Assembly (NCBI GenBank): GCA_002633005.1
Contig: NMRA01000312.1
Coordinates: 329,850-393,849 of the forward strand
Reading direction: 5' to 3'
DNA from: Phoronis australis
Taxonomy: Eukaryota; Animalia; Phoronida
Length of the DNA stretch: 64,000 nucleotides
The position numbers were made by a program, and so were the translations under genes. The notes beneath the pieces are model-generated. The model worked only from the letters and a program-made list of their open reading frames with translations, made no database searches and was not told the origin of the DNA. Below are positions 10,261 to 23,892 of this stretch, piece after piece (positions within the stretch are counted from its first letter, which is position 1; each line of letters begins with the position of its first letter).

Positions 10261-13053
10261 CTTCGCCATGTAATAATCTATATTTATCTTGAGTTTGCAA
10301 AAAAAGAATGGAAAATGTAAAAAATATAATTTTGAGTTTTATTTTGAGCACAAAGATTAGACCTCGGGTCCTGCTCACTCACATGACCACAGAGCCAATG
10401 TAGCAAACTCAGTGTGTCTAGTACAGGCTAGCAAGGTTGAGCTAGTATGGAACCTTGAATGGAGATGGCTCAAAAAGCTCAAATATTGGCCAGCATTGAA
10501 TAAGGTTGCCTAGTTTTCAGCTTGATTACTCCTGCCAGTGAGGATTAATCATGCTTGATGAATTTAAGGTTGTGGAGCAGCATGGTTTTTGCCTGTTTTC
10601 AGTGTTGAAATCTTTTCAGAACCTCTTCTAAGAGGACTCTTGAGTATTTAGCAGCCGACCAGTCTCATCCAATATACAGCACAACATTAAGGTCAACTTT
10701 AATGAGATTGTTGTAAGAGTAACTTCTTAACCTCGAAGGGATTTTTTTTTCGAAACCAATATGGCAGCTACCCTAGTGTAGCAAACACTAAGTTGAAAAG
10801 ATTTCCTTTGACAGGCAGAGTTTAAGTGGAGAAAATTAATTTTCCATTAACCACTCTATAAGCTGATAAAAAAACAAAGTTATATCCAACATAGGGTAGT
10901 AGAGGTGAAAACTACATAGAGCTATAAACTTTAAGACCCGCTTAGACTACCAGCAGCAGAAGATAATTTCATTAAAATTCCACAAGCAGGCCAACCCAAA
11001 CACTAAAAGTTTGCCATCTCATTGCCATGGCAACTATTAGTAACTGGCAATATAAAGAGAATTGGGAGATGGGGCAGTTCAATGCTCTTTTCAGCAGACC
11101 TGTTCATGTTCAAGCAGAGATGTTCATTTTCAAGCAACTTGTTCATGTTCAAGCAACGTGGTCATGCATGGAGTAGACATGTTAACATTTTAATGATGTT
11201 TTTAACAGAATAGTTGCTAGATTGCTTTCTGACACGTTTTGCTTGAACAGAAAATGCACTCCCTAGGTCACTAACTAGAAATGGCTACAGATGCATGGTG
11301 TGCAATTTGGACTGGCAAAACTAGCATAAAAACTTAATGGGGTTAATTGACACAATCTTAGAAACATAAATTAAAAAACCTTTCGTAAAACTTTGAACTG
11401 GTTTCTTTTGAAGAGAATTAATTTTTACACTGATTATCAATTGTTGGAGTCCGGTGACACGGTATGCTGCCAAGTGCCCTATCCATAATGGTGTAAGCAA
11501 AGAGCCCTCCTTGGAGGTAACTTAATAGGACTTCTCTGATCACTGCTTACCTTGGGGCAAACCAAAATGAATACTCAATTACTCGTCACTTGACTAGACA
11601 ATTAATTTCAAGATGTCCACATTCATAATTGCTTCTGCCTTAAAGCAACTTTATGCTGTATCATATCCCTTCTACACGTTGAAGTTATCAGTAAAATATT
11701 GAGACTGAAATATTGGAAAAGGTTAGAATTGATTGGCCAATTTAAAATATTTTGTGCAAAACCCAGAACATAACTTAACACCATCTGTGATGAACCTTAG
11801 TTTAAAACAGCACAAAGGCAGTTTTTGTTTTGAGATCTAGCATTTTGAATATCATGCCACTTCCTAGTATATCATTGAAAATCATTGTTATTTAGGGTTT
11901 ACATGTCGTTTGATCTGACAACTGATCACATGTTCACTCTGCCAAATGAAAAAAACACATGTGAAGGCTGCTTTGCTATTGTCCTCCCCAAGTCTAGTTC
12001 TGCCTCCTTCAGCTCGCATGATTTGTGATTAGGTTTTGTTAGCTCAGGGTGATCACACATGGTTGGATAGAATATTATCAGCAGTCTTGCAAATTAATGC
12101 AAGCTAATTACTTATAGGACGACTGATAGGACCCTCAGAGAATGTTCATTTCAATCCACAGGTCTGACTTCTGGTAAGACATATCCTAACAGCCTTCTCA
12201 TACAAATTCCACAATTAGTGAATGTAGTGTTTCACTTTTTCAAAAAGTTTACACTTTTTAACACAAACCGACACCAAAGATACTAATAAATACAGATAAA
12301 TTAAGCATGACTCTTCAAATATCAGGAAAAGAAATCAGACCTTCCCATGCTGTTAGGATTTGACGGCACTGATGCTACGCTAAACTCCACTGTATTTAAT
12401 TGTTAGATAGAGAAAATACGGAGAAATGACGTAAGCAGTACAAGAAGAGAACATGTTCAGGAAATCTGAGAGTGTGAGAAAGGTTACCAGCCATGGGCAG
12501 CCATTAATAAAGTACATGGTGTGCAGCCCTGCAGGTTATCAGGGTGTGAGCATTAATTAGCAGCAGACGTCCAAACAGACTGGGATTCTGGAAAGACACT
12601 AATCAATCCAGCCAGACACAAACATACACCCACAGCCAGCAAGATTATTTGTATTGAATTCAGTTCAAAAAGCGAATGAACAGATTCTGACTTAGTGAGG
12701 CACGTGCGGGAAACAAACTCTGCTTTCAAAAGCAATTACTTTTATTTTGTACAGTTAGCTTTAGGTTTGTAACTCCGTGATCACGTTTTACTTTGCATGT
12801 TCTAATCAGCAAAGATCTCCACTTAAGCACACATGCACAAGCAGATGGCAACATACAACATGCAACAGTTACACACAAAATACATGTCTGCCAATTAGAC
12901 ATCGTCTGATTAGGACAGGGCAGCATTCATAAGCCAAGTTTCTTAACCCCACAAAATCACACCGAGCAAACGGGCAAATGTATGCTTGAGACCTTACTAG
13001 TATAACCTTGCAAAATGGCATCCACGAATTGGTCAGCATGGTTGAAATGATGT

Positions 13054-13133
13054 ATTATGGGATAGAATTCATGAATTATGGGATAGAATTCATGAATTAT
13101 AGGATAGAATTCATGAATTATGGGATAGAATTC
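13054..13133. repeat. Minisatellite, 21-bp unit x ~3.8
   Basis: attatgggatagaattcatga repeated. Confidence 0.9.
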
Positions 13134-13633
13134 GCTGTTTTTGTTTTCATTCCATAATCAGATTTCTTGCCATAAGTACACACCTAATGCTCTGGTCTGC
13201 AGAACGCAGCCCAGATGTATACCTGAAAATATTTGAAAAGTTGCAAAATATCGTTTATTAGTATTGCTTACCAGCATCACTTTTATAATCAAATTTTTAC
13301 TGCCTGTCATGGCCAAAATCTAACACTGACTATGGACAGCAGAGCTACAAATTTCCATTTAATTTACCATGATAATCCCACCTTCTCACCGTACTTCCTG
13401 GCTGAACAGAATCTTTTCTTATGATTACTCTAGCCACCATTAATTTATGTGTCAAAAATGTAACAACTATTTTCATTGGTTTCAACACCTCAATTTTCAA
13501 AAGATCAAGTTTTTTGTGAAATAAAATTTTCCAAGTTCAGATTTGGTTCAAGGGAAGGAAGCAACTAAAAACAACAGAATTAAAAAGACACCTGAGACTA
13601 GTCATGCCATGTATTCTATGAAAGTTAATTTAC

Positions 13634-14110
13634 CTGTGCTATGAATGGTGATCAGCTGGGGAGATACCTTAGACTTTCGCAGGAGTAGTGGCGAGCCATG
13701 GGGACTAGCCTGTAAGCTCTGCCACTTGGCCTTAGGGGTGTGGGGTGAGTGGGGAGGGGTGGAGTTAGCCTGGCCCACCGGGGCACTCTTCCGATTAGTC
13801 GCCAAAGAAGGGGACTGGCGGGGTGAGTTAGGAGACGCCGCCACCGGAACAGGGGTAGCTTGGGTGGCTTCAGAAGACTTAGATGTGTCTGCAGGAACCG
13901 AAACCATCAGGGAACCATCAATGAGGGGAGGACTACAGGTTAGGTGCTCATCAGACCGTGACCGTGCCAGCTGATTTAGGTCATCACCATCTTTAGATTT
14001 ACCCCATGACTTCCGCTTTAGACTGTCTTTGCGCGTGTGCAGGATGTCACGCACACGGCCCCAGGCCTTGCGACCCGTTTTCTTGCTGTCGATATGCAGT
14101 GAGGTGGTGC
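13634..14110 (-). CDS. Gene A coding exon 2 (KAWGRVRDILHTRKDSLKRK, followed by an S/P-rich region)
   Basis: ttttcacag acceptor, G|gtaaat donor, 477 nt, phase 1-1; within ORF 13602-14162. Confidence 0.85.
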
Positions 14111-14588
14111 CTGTGAAAAAGTGCTGTGAGTGACAACAAGAAACGATACCTGTGGATTTCAAAAGAAACGGAAGAAATCATGCAGTGAAAAATCAGCTGA
14201 TTATAGTCAGAGAAATGCTGCAGAACCACCAGTGTTGAAATTAAGTTCCTTATCAAAAATCAGAAAGCTGCTGGCAGCACATCAGGGCTGCGTTCCACGA
14301 ACTTCCATCTACGAAACACTTTCTACGAGAAATATTGTCTTACAGAACAGAAGCAATGTGTTCACCTACAGTATGCTTCCATTACAAAACATTACAGCCT
14401 CGCCAAGCAATCATTTTTGGGGTGGCCATTTTGTTACTTAGTGCATGCTACGTAGTAAGGTCTGAGCTTACTCATACAACACAAGTAAGCCTTTCACCCG
14501 TGTAATCGCACCATTGATTTTACACAGAGCTGGCATTTGGAACGTAACCCTGATAAGCATTTGAAAGATGTTTTGGTTGTGAAGCATC

Positions 14589-16392
14589 AACAAGAGCAAC
14601 GCAGAGCGTTGAAATGCACCCACGAATTCATCGCAAATGGTGTGCTCTTAGGGTTGTTTATTTGTGTCATAAAAATGGCCACTAGATGGCGCAAAAACGT
14701 ACAATCCATCCGAAAATGGGAACATGTCTATAGCTTCTTTACTATGAAGCTATTCACCAAATTTCATAGACATCTGTCACGGAACTTCAGAGAAACAAAG
14801 GAAAACATAATAAAATTAAATTACCACTAGGGGGCACAGTGTTCATGAAAGTAGTCCTTGTCTGTTGCTAGCTTCATATAAATACACTTACTTAAAATTT
14901 AATAAAGATCCAGCAGTAGGTTTAGGAGATGCTGCTATGGGCGTAAAACAAAACAAAACTGCCACCAGGAGGTGCCACAATAGTCAAGGTCGTCATCGTC
15001 AACCATCCTCTTCACACAGAGAACATAAACACCAAGTTTCAAAACCATCCTTAGAATGATTTGGTTGATAGAGGTGTGGACGCCAAAAAGCAGACTCGAA
15101 AACAGCAAAAATGGCCACTAGGCAGCGCAAAATACCTCGATTCCATCCAACAATGGGAGGATAGCGTCATCTCACCAATAGATGTCTGTATTCAAAATTT
15201 TATGTTGAGTACCCTCGAAGATAGAAAAGTAAACGTAAAATCTAAAATTGCCACCATGGGGCACACCAGTAGTCAGATCCATCAGAAAGTCATCGTTGTT
15301 CCTTGTCAACATCATATAAATAGTTTTTAAATTTAGTAAAGATCCTGCAACGGTTTAAGTGATACAGCAATGGGCGCAAAAAAAACGAAACTGTCACTAG
15401 GAGGCGCCACAGTTGTTGAAGTCATTGGAAAATCACCGTCAGCCATCCATTTCATAGAAAAAACATTCATGCCAATTTTCACAATCATGAAAGTGATTTG
15501 GTTGAGGGGTGGACGCCAAAAAACACACTCGAAAACAGTAAAAATGACCACTAGGTGGCACAAACTAAGTCGAATCCATCTGAAAATGAAAAGATAGCGT
15601 CACCACACTAACAGAAGCCTGTACCCCAAATTTTTTGAAAATACATTGAGAACCTTTGAAGAAACAGAGGTTAACGTAAAAAACTAACACTGCCACCAGG
15701 GGGCACACCAGTGGTCAAATCCGTCCGAAAGTAGTCGTCGTCCTTTGTCAACATCATACAAATGCACTTGCTAAATTTAGTAAAGATCCTACAGACGGTT
15801 TAGGAGATGCAGCCATAGGCGCATAAAAAACAAAGCTGCCACCAGGAGGCGCCTCAGTCGTCGAAATCATCGGAAAATCATCGTCAGCCGTCCTCTTCAT
15901 AGTAAGAACATACATGCCAATTTCCACAATCATCCTTAGAGCGGTTTGGTTGATAGAGTGGTGGACGCCTAAAAACAGACTCGAAAACAGTAAAAATGGC
16001 CACTAGGTGGCGCAAATTACGTCGAATCTACACGAAAACGAAAGGATAGCGTCATCTCACTAATAGATGCCTACATGCCAAATTTTATGAAAATACACTG
16101 AAGACCTTTGAAGATATTGATTAAGCGTAAAAAACTAAAATTGTCACTAGGGGGCACGCCGGTGGTCGGATCCGTCCAAAAGTTCACTCATGCCATCCCA
16201 TCCATGAAAGGAACAAATGTGCAAAATTTCATGAACATAGGTCAAACGGTTTTGGAGTTAGAGCAGTGGACGCCGGATGCCGGACGGACGCCGGACGGAC
16301 GCCGCCTGGACGGACAGACGCCGCCCGAGCGGATGGACGAACAGAGATGACGGCATAATGCGTCCACATATAAATTTGTGGGCAAATAAAAA
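14589..16392 (-). mobile_element. Helentron-associated non-autonomous element (DINE-1/HINE-like) with an internal tandem array of ~145-bp monomers in ~440-bp trimers
   Basis: Minus-strand order: T-run, subTIR plus partial IR (tgcccacaaatttatatgtggacgca), GTCY microsatellite (16268-16340), tandem repeats, subTIR gtgggtgcat, stem-loop CAACGC/GCGTTG, terminal CTCTTGTT; no TSD. Confidence 0.8.
14679..16157 (+). promoter_or_regulatory. Array of 11 co-oriented CTCF-consensus motifs (binding unproven)
   Basis: Motifs of the form [C/T]CAC[C/T]AG[A/G]NGG[C/T][A/G]C, some with 1-2 mismatches, start at 14679, 14824, 14962, 15115, 15251, 15394, 15548, 15693, 15839, 16000 and 16144. Confidence 0.65.
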
Positions 16393-16716
16393 ATTGACGG
16401 ACTTCTTTGAAACCACTGGAGTCATTAGGGAATGAATCAAGAAAATTAAGTCCTCAGACCAGAGTTTTGGCAGCTACTAAGAATATGACAGTAAACAAAT
16501 TAATAAAACGATACAAAAAACAAAAATTGGTTAATTGCGTAACCAAGAAAGATTCACAACATTACGAAACCTCAGTGAAATGTGCCATTTCCACTGTAGA
16601 ACATGATCAAATTGGCGACTGGTCCTTCGTTTTGGCCCCTAAGGTCTAACAATTACTGCAAGATACAGTGTATTCTGCCACTTTTCAACCCTTTCTCATG
16701 CCCACCACAAGCCAGA

Positions 16717-16783
16717 CACTAAGACCTCAGGCACTAAGACCTCAGGCACTAAGACCTCAGGCACTAAGACCTCAGGCACTAAG
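16717..16783. repeat. Minisatellite, 15-bp unit x ~4.5
   Basis: cactaagacctcagg repeated. Confidence 0.9.
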
Positions 16784-18962
16784 GCTCTGACACAGCTTGC
16801 TAGTTCATCCTCTCCTGCAGTAGTCAAGAAATTGAAAGTGAGAGTTCTCCTGTGTTACCATGTAATTATGCCATAAGATGATGGAATTTTATCAGGAACA
16901 TGGATACTGACAACAAATTAACACTGGTAGTATGAACACAATTCACATCAAATACCCATGATGTCCCGTAATTTCTATGCATGGATTCCCCTCTTATTGG
17001 AAGAAACAAAACCCTCAGCATGAACGTTTTTTTGCATTAATTAAACCAAGCCCAGTGAACAGTTCAGTCAAGTGATATTTCAAAGTACAGCAAGCACTCG
17101 ATTGCAATTATGGATGTCAGAAAGGCAATCAGAGCAGAAGTTATCTTAAGAAGGTCATTCAGTGCTGTTTGAAGAAGGCACTCCAGGGATTTTTTTCTAA
17201 TTAGAAGCGTTTGCACTCCTCTAAAATAAAACATGCAGGCAAATACAAGAAACTACTGTAATAATTGTCCCCACAGTAATTCATCAAGAGCAATCTCGAT
17301 GCACGAGTCAACACAGGACACATATTTTTCATCCATAGAATTTTTCAAATGTTTTCCCACTAAGATCAATGCTTTGTTCAAATTTGGTCAGGGGATGAAG
17401 TAAGCAGCTCCACATCACAGTAAATAGGTGGATTTAACAATGAAGCCCCCTTGCCTACTGAAATTTTCCATAGTTAAGCCCACCGGCATGTATTCAGCAA
17501 ATGAAAATTTTCAGGCATTTTAGTAACACTAAATAAATGCCCGGGCGTTTATTTGAAAAAGGGAGGGGTGTAATCTTAAAGTCATAGTTTTGGTTACGCA
17601 AATGCCAGCATGGACTGAATACACTTGGCCTAGATTAAGAGGTTTCTTGACTGTGTTTTTAAATTATTATTTTAAATATTAAACGCATAGTTTGCCCACA
17701 CTTTCTTTGATTTTGTAAATGACAATTGCTCTACAAAACTGAATTTGAGACTAAAAGTCGAAGCTGAGTTGGCTTTTAAGAGTAAATTTTCTGAATAGAC
17801 ACTTGACGCCAGAAGATGTAATACCAAATAAACCCCCATGGATGTTTATTCGGCATAATTTTCTGAATGAATGCCCATTGGCATTTCATCAGGTGGAAAA
17901 TCCTGGTAGCTAGGTACAGAGGGAACGCTCACTTCTGGTGTCCATCGAAGTTATCAGCAGGGGTCACTGCTGTGACAATGGTGAAGGTCATATTACGCCA
18001 CCTTGTGGTAACATCCATGACAATAGCATCATCTAGCGAAAACTCCAACGAAACTAATGGGAGTGTTCAAGTTAACTTGACAATTTATGTGGATGCTTCA
18101 CTAGTCCTCAATTTAAATTGATGTGAAAATGCCTTTAGACTTCCCTTTTTCTATGACTAGCTCGAAATTAAGATTGATATAGAGAACTTTAATTCAATCC
18201 ACTGAAAGAAGAAATAGACAAGGCCAGGGAGCCTAAATTTCAGAAAGTTGGTTTTTAGTTTTTTTTTTACTTTTCACAGCTTTCCCTTTTTCTATTGCTA
18301 GGTCAGAGTTAAGACCAACACGAAGAGAATTTTAATTCAACCTACTATTAAAATACCACACAGCAATTTCTTTTAACGAAATACAGACAAGACCACAAGA
18401 CCTAAACTTCAGAAAGCTTTTTCCTCATCTTTTTTTTCAAGTGTTCAAAGATGACAGGAAGAACTGCAGGATATGGTTATGCAACAATGTCTACCGGTAC
18501 TTAAATGGCTGCTTAAAACTGGCAGTGGTAATTAAAAATTAGGCCAACAGGTAAAACAGTTTTCTAAGCGGCTATAAACCAGCCTTATTTTCTGAAAGTA
18601 GAAAGCCTGGTAAGTTTGATTTTTGATTTTTTACCAATCTGCCAAAAAACTGGGTCATGTAACTGTGTCTTTTTAGTAAAATCTAATGAAAAATGAAGGT
18701 ATATTGACAGCAAAACAATGATATAATTAATAAATACTGCAATATCATCCAATTTCATTTGATATAAATATTCCAAGATTCAATCTCCAAAATGCTGTTG
18801 TAGTTTTCTAAATTATCATTTCGTTTTTGCTATAGACAAGCTTTAAATTTTTTCAAGAAAATCGTAAAAGCCATACATTTGATAGCTGCATGCAAAAGTG
18901 CAACATTTTACAAACAATTCAAAAAGCCATTATGGAGAACAGTGCATAGAGCATAGTACCAG

Positions 18963-19078
18963 TCTGGGTAACGTTCATGTGAATTCTGGGTAACGTTCAC
19001 ATGAATTCTGGGTTAAACGTTCACATGAATTCTGGGTTAAACGTTCACGTGAATTCTGGGTAATGTTCACGTGAATTC
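18963..19078. repeat. Minisatellite, 22-24-bp unit x ~5, adjoining a degenerate copy of the ~40600 transposon family
   Basis: ctgggtaacgttcacgtgaatt repeated; 19080-19155 matches the reverse complement of 40600-40680. Confidence 0.85.
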
Positions 19079-19686
19079 AACGAGCCATTTCTGAGATACG
19101 ATTTTCCAAACTTAGCAAAACTTGAACATTTTTCCAGAGTCCTACAAACCCTTACTACTCATTCCGTACTAGGATTAGAGATGATTCCCGGAACTGAAAA
19201 GAACTCGCGGATTGTTATTGCTTGAGATAACCGCTGGCTTGTCACAGCCTGTCATTTTATGTGACAAGCATAGTGTCCAGCACTGACAACCTGTCAGTTC
19301 TTTTATAGCCTATAGTTATCAATCCTCAGCTAAGTAAAACCAATATTATAACGGAAAATGGTCTGTATAATTTTTTGCTGGCTAAAAGGGTATTCATTGC
19401 CGCTTTTAAGATTTAGATTATATTGTACAGCAAACATATAAACAAACTTGGACCACAAAAACAAAAATATAGCCACTGAGGTTAATAGTACAAAACCAAA
19501 TGGAATTTAAACTAACAGTTCATTCCCTTTAGTTTTCATTGGTGCAAACAATATTGACACAGATACATTTAGTGGCATAGTTAAAATCATGTCTCCTTCA
19601 ACTTACAATTCAAGCAGAACACAATTCAAGCAGAACACAGTTATCTGATTGAAAGGGTTTAAGCTATAGTTTTAGTTTGAACTCAC

Positions 19687-20842
19687 CTTGTTCTAGGTTC
19701 ATATCCATGACAAGCTGTTCCCCTTCACTAGGTGGTGCTGAAAGACCTGTTGGCGGTGACACTGCCGTTGGTGATGTCTTGCTCGCCGACAAGTCCATCA
19801 GGTACACTTCTTGTTTCTCAATACTTTCATCGCTGCTCATGTTCGACTCCTTCACCCACTCCGGAGGCCCCATCCAAACGCCGAAATAGGGGTCTTCATC
19901 AACTATTGCTGACAAATCGACCGTCTTCGATCGTTTGCGGTTATCCTTTGGTGGTTCGTCGATTGCGTCCACAGACTCCATCTTGTTTGGTGAAAATACT
20001 TTCTTCATGTGATCCCACTTGGTAAACTTTTTTAGTCTTGCTTTGGCTTCCACAAGTTTCTGTTTGTCAATGAGGCGGTTGACGCCATGTTTTTTGTAAT
20101 CTAATATTCCAGTGAATTCTGACGAATCCGACGTGTAGATGGAAGCACTAAGAACATCAATCGAGTCCATCGATTGACTACGCTTGCGGCTAATTCCCAT
20201 CGCCGTCTCTTCAGTGGACTTATCAGGCGACGGCAAATCAGCACTGGTATCGAAATCCAGACCAGACAGCCTGCCATGTTTTGCTCCGGGTTTTCTAGCG
20301 TCTTTAGCTTCGTCTTTATTGCGACCAGCTTCTAAGTGTTCTTTAGAGTGGATTCCATGTTTTATTGCTGGCCACGTACCACCCTTATCCACTTCCATAT
20401 CAAAGGAGGCGAGATCAAATTCCCCACTGAGATTCAGCAACTCAAACCGAGCCTTCATCAATGACTTGGTATCCTCCAAATACGTACATCGTTTCTTCAA
20501 CCGCGTGTTTTCGTCTCTCAACTGCGCCAACTGTTCCATCAGCCGACACAAGTTGTCCAGGTGGTCCAGACCGACGCTAACACGGTTTGGGTTCGGACTC
20601 ATGCTGAGTGACCTTGCTGGCGGAAAGTGGGGGCTACGTGGTGTTGGCGGATGCTGACAAAGATGGTGGAACGCTTTCTCTGTCTCCTCGAAGTTGCTCA
20701 TTACTAAACTTTGACATCGTTTCTCCGGCTCATCATTGACTATTGCGATAGTTAGCGTTGGTCGTGAGGTCAGTGGCTTCTTTTGTATGGCCGAGTCAAT
20801 TGGTTCAGTCGTATTTTCTGTCATCACTTTCACACTGGTCAT
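19687..20842 (-). CDS. Gene A first coding exon (MTSVKVMTE...GLDHLDNLCRLMEQLAQLRDENTRLKKRCTYLE...LEQ)
   Basis: 392-aa ORF; the acceptor ttttattttgcag places the exon start at 20885, with an in-frame TAA just before the ATG at 20842; G|gtgagt donor at 19686, phase 1 matches the next exon; short coiled-coil. Confidence 0.85.
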
Positions 20843-23818
20843 TTTGATTTACTCCAAAGCACTCACAGAAATCACAAACTCATCTCTGCAAAATAAAAAA
20901 TAAAAAAATGAAATCTGATTCTTTAACTAAAACTGTTCATTCCTTAGATCCAACAACATCACAGTGCAGGGAACAGATGATTCGACTGTTCACTTATGAT
21001 CCATCCAAAAAGTGACCGAGAAAACATACTTCTCCTAAGGTTAACTATAAAAAGTTGAGGGAAAGATTTTCCATAATGCATGATCATCTAATGATTACAA
21101 CACACAGCAGAAAACTTTGATTTTACATTGCTGGAAACTTCTAAAAGAAATCATAAGTTCATCAACCAGTTGTCAAAGATAGGACCTGAACTGCTACCCT
21201 GAATTGCATTGCTTTTTAAATGAAAGCACACAGAAGAGTGATGCATGGTGAAATCAAATGAAAATTTAGAAGTGAGGTACTAAGACGATGAAATTGAGAA
21301 CAACAATAACCATGACCCTAATGGTTATAACACAAATGCACAGCAAATGGTAAACCATTAAACGTGCATTGAGGAATAAGGCAATAAAAAACAGTCATCA
21401 CATTTCATTCCACCAAGTAAAAATGCCCCCTCCCCCTAACAATATACAGCACAAACTTATAGGTTGAAACACAACTTCATACAAGGTTACATGCTTATCA
21501 ACATCAGTTCCTAATCAAAACTTTGCCAACAAAATCAAACAATAAATTAAAACACCTTGCAAATAGCATTTCCATGACCTCAGGCAGAAGTTGATCTTAT
21601 ACAAGGAAAACATTCTCAAGCCAGGAGAGAAAACGTTTACACAAAATAAATGTCAAGTGGGTAAGTAAACCAGATAAAGCACTTGATCCTAAAAACATCT
21701 CCTACAGAAGAAATAAACTTCAAGTTTCCAGCAGGATAAATGCCATAAAACAAAAATGCATGTCCTGGGGACAGAAGACCTAATCACTTGACCTGGAAGG
21801 CTGCGTAAATTTCACCCAAATAACTGACAGGTATCACAGCTAGCAACAGCCCATAACAAGCTTACCATGAGACATCTTTAATATTGGCTTGGGCGATTTA
21901 CAAAACACATGGGTTTCAACTGCAGGCAACCCAATGTCTACGTCATTCCAAAATTTCAAACACCTTAATGCGTTCAGCAGTAACTTCCAAGCGTTATGAC
22001 CAAAATTGACCTGAACTGAGCAAATAAAATGATCAGGTGCGCATAATGTACAGGCAAATGAAAACTACCTACAAGGTAAATTTAAACTCAGTGGTTCAAC
22101 AGATTGGAAACACAAAAATTTCTAATTTATTTTCAAAGGAAATTCAGACTTTTGAAAGAAACTTACACAAGAAACCTGAGGGCTGCATTCTGCTGGTGGA
22201 AGACACTAGTGAAAAAGTACGTAGATGTGCACAAGCCTTTGAGAGATATCGCAATGCATTACAAATGAAGCATGTGTTGTTATTTGTGAGTGTCTTAGGT
22301 CTATGTAATGGTCTCCTAAATAACAAACAGATAGCAGCTCCACCTTGTGAGTTTTGAAGTTAACCATAAAATCAAGTTCAGACAGAATTGATATTCAAAC
22401 AACTTTCATTGAATGGCCTTGCCGTAGTCACTTTGTGTATTTTCTCACCTGTGTGACATGTCAGCCTATGGCAAAGTTTTACCGAATTAGGACACACTCA
22501 GTGGCGAACAATTGAAAACTAATTTTCTGATTTTTCCAAGAAAGATATGAGATCTTTACTGAAGATACAACCAGATATTTTGAAAATTGGTCGTTCACAA
22601 GAATTGGTTAAAAGTGTTCATAGTTGTCTCTTGTAATGATGATAAAAAATGAGAAAATTCCTGACAAGGATTATTTGAACATGTCTCGCTCAACTAACTA
22701 AATGCCTCCTAGTAAGTAATTTTCTCGTTTTTTAAGTTCACAAGAATGTTGGAAGCACTTAAAAAATGAAAAAAGCCAAGTTTGACAAAAATATTACTTT
22801 TTAAATTTGTCCAAAATTGGTGAGAATTTACCATTACATTCTGTTGATTTTTTATATTTTTATCAAACAAACTTAACTTTTCTATTTGATAAATCAGAAA
22901 GTTCAAAGATCAGAGTAATTTTTCAAACGTCTTTGACTGGTGATCTTTTGAAGAATGCATTTGCCTGGAGAGGAATACAAACCATGAACAAACCATGAAC
23001 AAAACATGTTCATATCTTGCCACCTTGACAAGCAAAAGCAAAATCAACATACTTTCATAAAATCATGTTCTACACCTGACCACATAACTTCCACACTAAA
23101 CCGTTGATATCTTAGAAATTAACATTAATGAATGCTTCAAAATAAGATTTCTCTTGCACGCAGTCGTAGTAAAAACCATAGAAGTGACAAAAGTGGCTAA
23201 CAAAGGAATTCTGAACAGAAAGAAAACATTTGAGCAGTCAAGGGCAAGAATTCCACCAACTTCAGAGAAATCCATGAAATGCTCGGTAAGGGTATCCAGT
23301 GGAAGCACGGCATCAATGTGAGAGGGGTTAAAGACCAGCTAAGACTCAGGCACAGATTGACACAAGTGCATCGACACCTGCAGATGCAGATTCAATTTTT
23401 ATCACCTGTAATGAATCAGTACCAGCATATTGTGTTTTTTGATTATTTTAAGTCTGTGTTTGATATTGAACAAATGTATACTCGAACATTCGGAATAAAT
23501 ACATCCGTGTGATTTTATTACAAATCGCCAATTCTCGCTGTTGTCTCCCAGAGATTCGCTGAAATCAAGGCCAGTGTCTTTGCCATTTAAAAAGCCTTAA
23601 AAGTACTCAGCTGTATAAAACCTGTTGCACATAACTGAGCCGCAGAGCATTCACCTGCAACAGAGCGTGCTAATGCTAATTTCTGTCTTATTTTTCTTCT
23701 GATCAAGAATGTCCCTTTAAGTACAAGCACTACTTATAAATAATTTACGGTACATTGTATTGTGTGGCAGACCATCAAAAGGTCAGATACGTAGCTACAG
23801 ACGCTTGTGTGTCAAGGT

Positions 23819-23858
23819 CACACACACACACATAGACACACACACACACACACACATA

Positions 23859-23890
<32 letters not shown>
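23819..23890. repeat. (CA)n microsatellite, interrupted
   Basis: Direct reading. Confidence 0.95.

Positions 23891-23892
<2 letters not shown>

Noticed and set aside
14679-16157. Periodic motifs as CRISPR-like repeat-spacer array
   Set aside because: The intervening sequences are homologous to each other (trimer periodicity), not unique spacers
20184-20657. Plus-strand ORFs (also 7243-7569, 13645-13974, 61070-61516)
   Set aside because: Antisense shadows of real minus-strand exons with no recognisable protein features
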